Of a stretch of 64,000 bases of DNA, positions 62,160 to 64,000 are shown piece after piece; positions within the stretch are counted from its first letter, which is position 1, and every line of letters begins with the position of its first letter. The notes below the pieces were generated by a model. It was given only the letters and a program-made list of their open reading frames with translations, ran no database searches and was not told the origin of the DNA. A program made the position numbers and the translations under genes. Origin of the DNA: Rebecca billardiae RCC1528 (taxonomy: Eukaryota > Protista > Haptophyta); the NCBI GenBank assembly GCA_965240325.2, contig OZ251240.1, positions 992,001 through 1,056,000 on the forward strand, read 5' to 3'.

Positions 62160-62298
62160 TTACTAAGAATAAGAGACGCACACAGCTCATCAGGCAGGCG
62201 AGATTGACGCCCGCCAACTGTTGGCGGGCTACGGCCCTTGGGCGGGCGTCATCAATCTCGCCTGCCTGAGCTGTGTGCGTCTATAATATTCTTAGTAA
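62160..62298. other. ~140-bp imperfect inverted repeat (MITE-like or RNA hairpin)
   Basis: Left arm ttactaagaat..agacgcacacagctc..caggcaggcgagattgacgcccgcc pairs with ggcgggcgtca..tcaatctcgcctgcctgagctgtgtgcgtct..attcttagtaa. Confidence 0.85.
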
Positions 62299-62967
62299 GC
62301 TGTGTTGGATCATGGTTGGATTATATTGCGTCAATCACGCCTGCTGCATGAACCAAGCGTGCACGTTAAATAATCAGCGCATAGGAAATCACGCCTTAAC
62401 CAACATAACCAAGTTGAAAGTGTGCACGTTAAAGCACGTATGATTTAATAACGACATAGGTCGTAAAGTATTGAGAGTTGAGACGACGACGGCTCAAGGT
62501 CTCCTGATTCGTCGCAATGGCCCTTTTCCCTTATGGCGGGCTATTATATTCCCCCCCGTGACGACGATTCAGGAGAACCCGCCGATGTGCGGCTTGTTGT
62601 CGTATGGGGGGGGTTGGGTTTTGTATATGGGGGGGGTAAAACCACCCCTCGCGGAGAGGCTCAGGGACGGACGCAAAGATGGGCATGCACTCCCCTCCGG
62701 CCCTCGCCGTCGAGCGGTCGAGGACAATCCGGAGGACGCCCGTGTCGGTATGGCACCCGCTGGGGCCGGGTCGCCGCGGCCGCACATGCTCGCGCAAGGC
62801 GCCTTTGAAAATGATGACCCCAAACGACCCCAGCCCAAAACTAACCCGGGGGGCGCGTGCGCACGCACGGCGCGGGCTTCGTCTGGGCAGCCTGCGACCA
62901 TAAGCAGCCTGGCAGCAGTGCGTCGGCCGTCGTGGTGAACCGATGATCCATCTGATGCGGCTGCGGC

Positions 62968-64000
62968 TCACGCTGACGAGGGCGGCGCCTCCGACGCCGC
63001 GGACGGGCCTCCGGGCAGGGGGCTGCCTTCGGCTTCGGCCCACGCCTCGCCAAGCGCGGAGGCGAAGAGCGCGATCGCGCCAAGCGTGCCGCGCCCGTCC
63101 GAGCGCGCCGCGGCCGCGAACGCGCGGCGCGCGAGATCGCGATCTCGTCGCAGCAGCGCGACGACGGCGGCGAGCAGCGGGCGGCGGAGCACCGCGTCGG
63201 TGACGGCGGCGTGCGCGGGCACCCAGCCGGTCGGGCTGAGCGCGCGCGCCGCCGAGCCGCTCAGCGCCGCGCTCGCCTCGGTCGGCAGCCCGTCGAGCAG
63301 CCACGGCACGAGCGCGGCCGTGTGCTCGGCCGGCGCGGCGCACGCGGCGCGCAGCGCGCGCAGCCGCGCGTAGGGGTGGACGACGTCCGCGCAGAGCACG
63401 GCGGCCGCAAGCTCCGCAGCAGAGGGTGCGTGGGTGCGCGTCGCGTGCGCGACGTCCGCGTCGCGCGCCCCGCCGGCTGTCGTCGGCCACCCGTGCGCGC
63501 CGCTGCGCGCGCGCGGCTGCGGCTGCGCCAGCAGCAGGCCGCCGTCCGCAAGCGCGCCGAGCGCCCAGCGTGCCTCGGCCCCGAGTGGCAAGCAGCCGTC
63601 ACGCAGCGCGCGCGAGAGGGCCTCGCGCGCCCTGAGCTGCGCCGCCGAGAGCGGCGGCGGCAGGCGGCGCGCGAACGCGTGATTCGACGTCGGTCGCAGC
63701 ACGATCTCGAGTGAGCCGAGATCGACGGGTGCGTCCACGCCCTCGGCGGCGGCGGCGTTGGCGTCGGCGGCGGCCTCGCCGACGGCAGGCTGACGAGGGC
63801 GGGCGCGGGCAGCTCGGGCAGAGCCGTCGGCGCGCGCGCCGCGCTCGGCGTCGGCGTCGGCGCGGCCGGACGCCTCGAGCACGAAGGTGGCAATCTCCTG
63901 CGGCGGCGCGGCGAGCGCGCGCGACCACGCGCGCAGCGGCGGCGCGCGCGGCGTCGCGCCGCGCCACGCGTCGACGAGCGCGCACACGCCCGCCTCGTCC
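62968..64000 (-). CDS. 3' part of a hypothetical helical protein entering from the right edge
   Basis: Open frame of more than 339 codons with Ala/Leu-rich, GC3-biased composition; no family recognised. Confidence 0.55.
   Translation of the reverse strand, partial: DEAGVCALVDAWRGATPRAPPLRAWSRALAAPPQEIATFVLEASGRADADAERGARADGSARAARARPRQPAVGEAAADANAAAAEGVDAPVDLGSLEIVLRPTSNHAFARRLPPPLSAAQLRAREALSRALRDGCLPLGAEARWALGALADGGLLLAQPQPRARSGAHGWPTTAGGARDADVAHATRTHAPSAAELAAAVLCADVVHPYARLRALRAACAAPAEHTAALVPWLLDGLPTEASAALSGSAARALSPTGWVPAHAAVTDAVLRRPLLAAVVALLRRDRDLARRAFAAAARSDGRGTLGAIALFASALGEAWAEAEGSPLPGGPSAASEAPPSSA

Overview
Very GC-rich, gene-dense eukaryotic nuclear DNA with short GC-rich spliceosomal introns (typically GTGCGC...GCGCAG) and several bipartite plastid-targeting leaders. 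This fits a secondary-red-plastid alga, probably a haptophyte of the Pavlovales type (inference). Most long ORFs in the supplied track are antisense shadows or read through introns. About 20 protein genes are supportable: WD40 protein, PhyH-like dioxygenase, glutaredoxin, hemB, IF-3, a giant kinesin, a HET/TIR-like-LRR protein, HemK, a UBX protein, Timeless, an alpha/beta hydrolase, an ABC1 kinase, VPS52, an MIT protein, IF-1, an LRR receptor-like protein, an NMT-like protein and a secreted LRR protein. Many sit in head-to-head pairs. Two things stand out. (1) At 57.5-62.0 kb (minus strand), a secreted LRR gene is built from tandem ~233-bp cassettes, each a symmetric phase-2, 72-bp exon encoding one LRR plus a conserved intron. 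Variation is concentrated in the exposed beta-strand codons and the cassettes are recombinant mosaics, making it a candidate diversifying receptor system. (2) At 10.9-15.8 kb and 26.7-28.4 kb, two non-coding elements have split-direct-repeat architecture (A...B-A-B, typical of tyrosine-recombinase retrotransposons), hairpin-rich internal tandem arrays and GTTAT/ATAAC palindromic sites at their B/A junctions.
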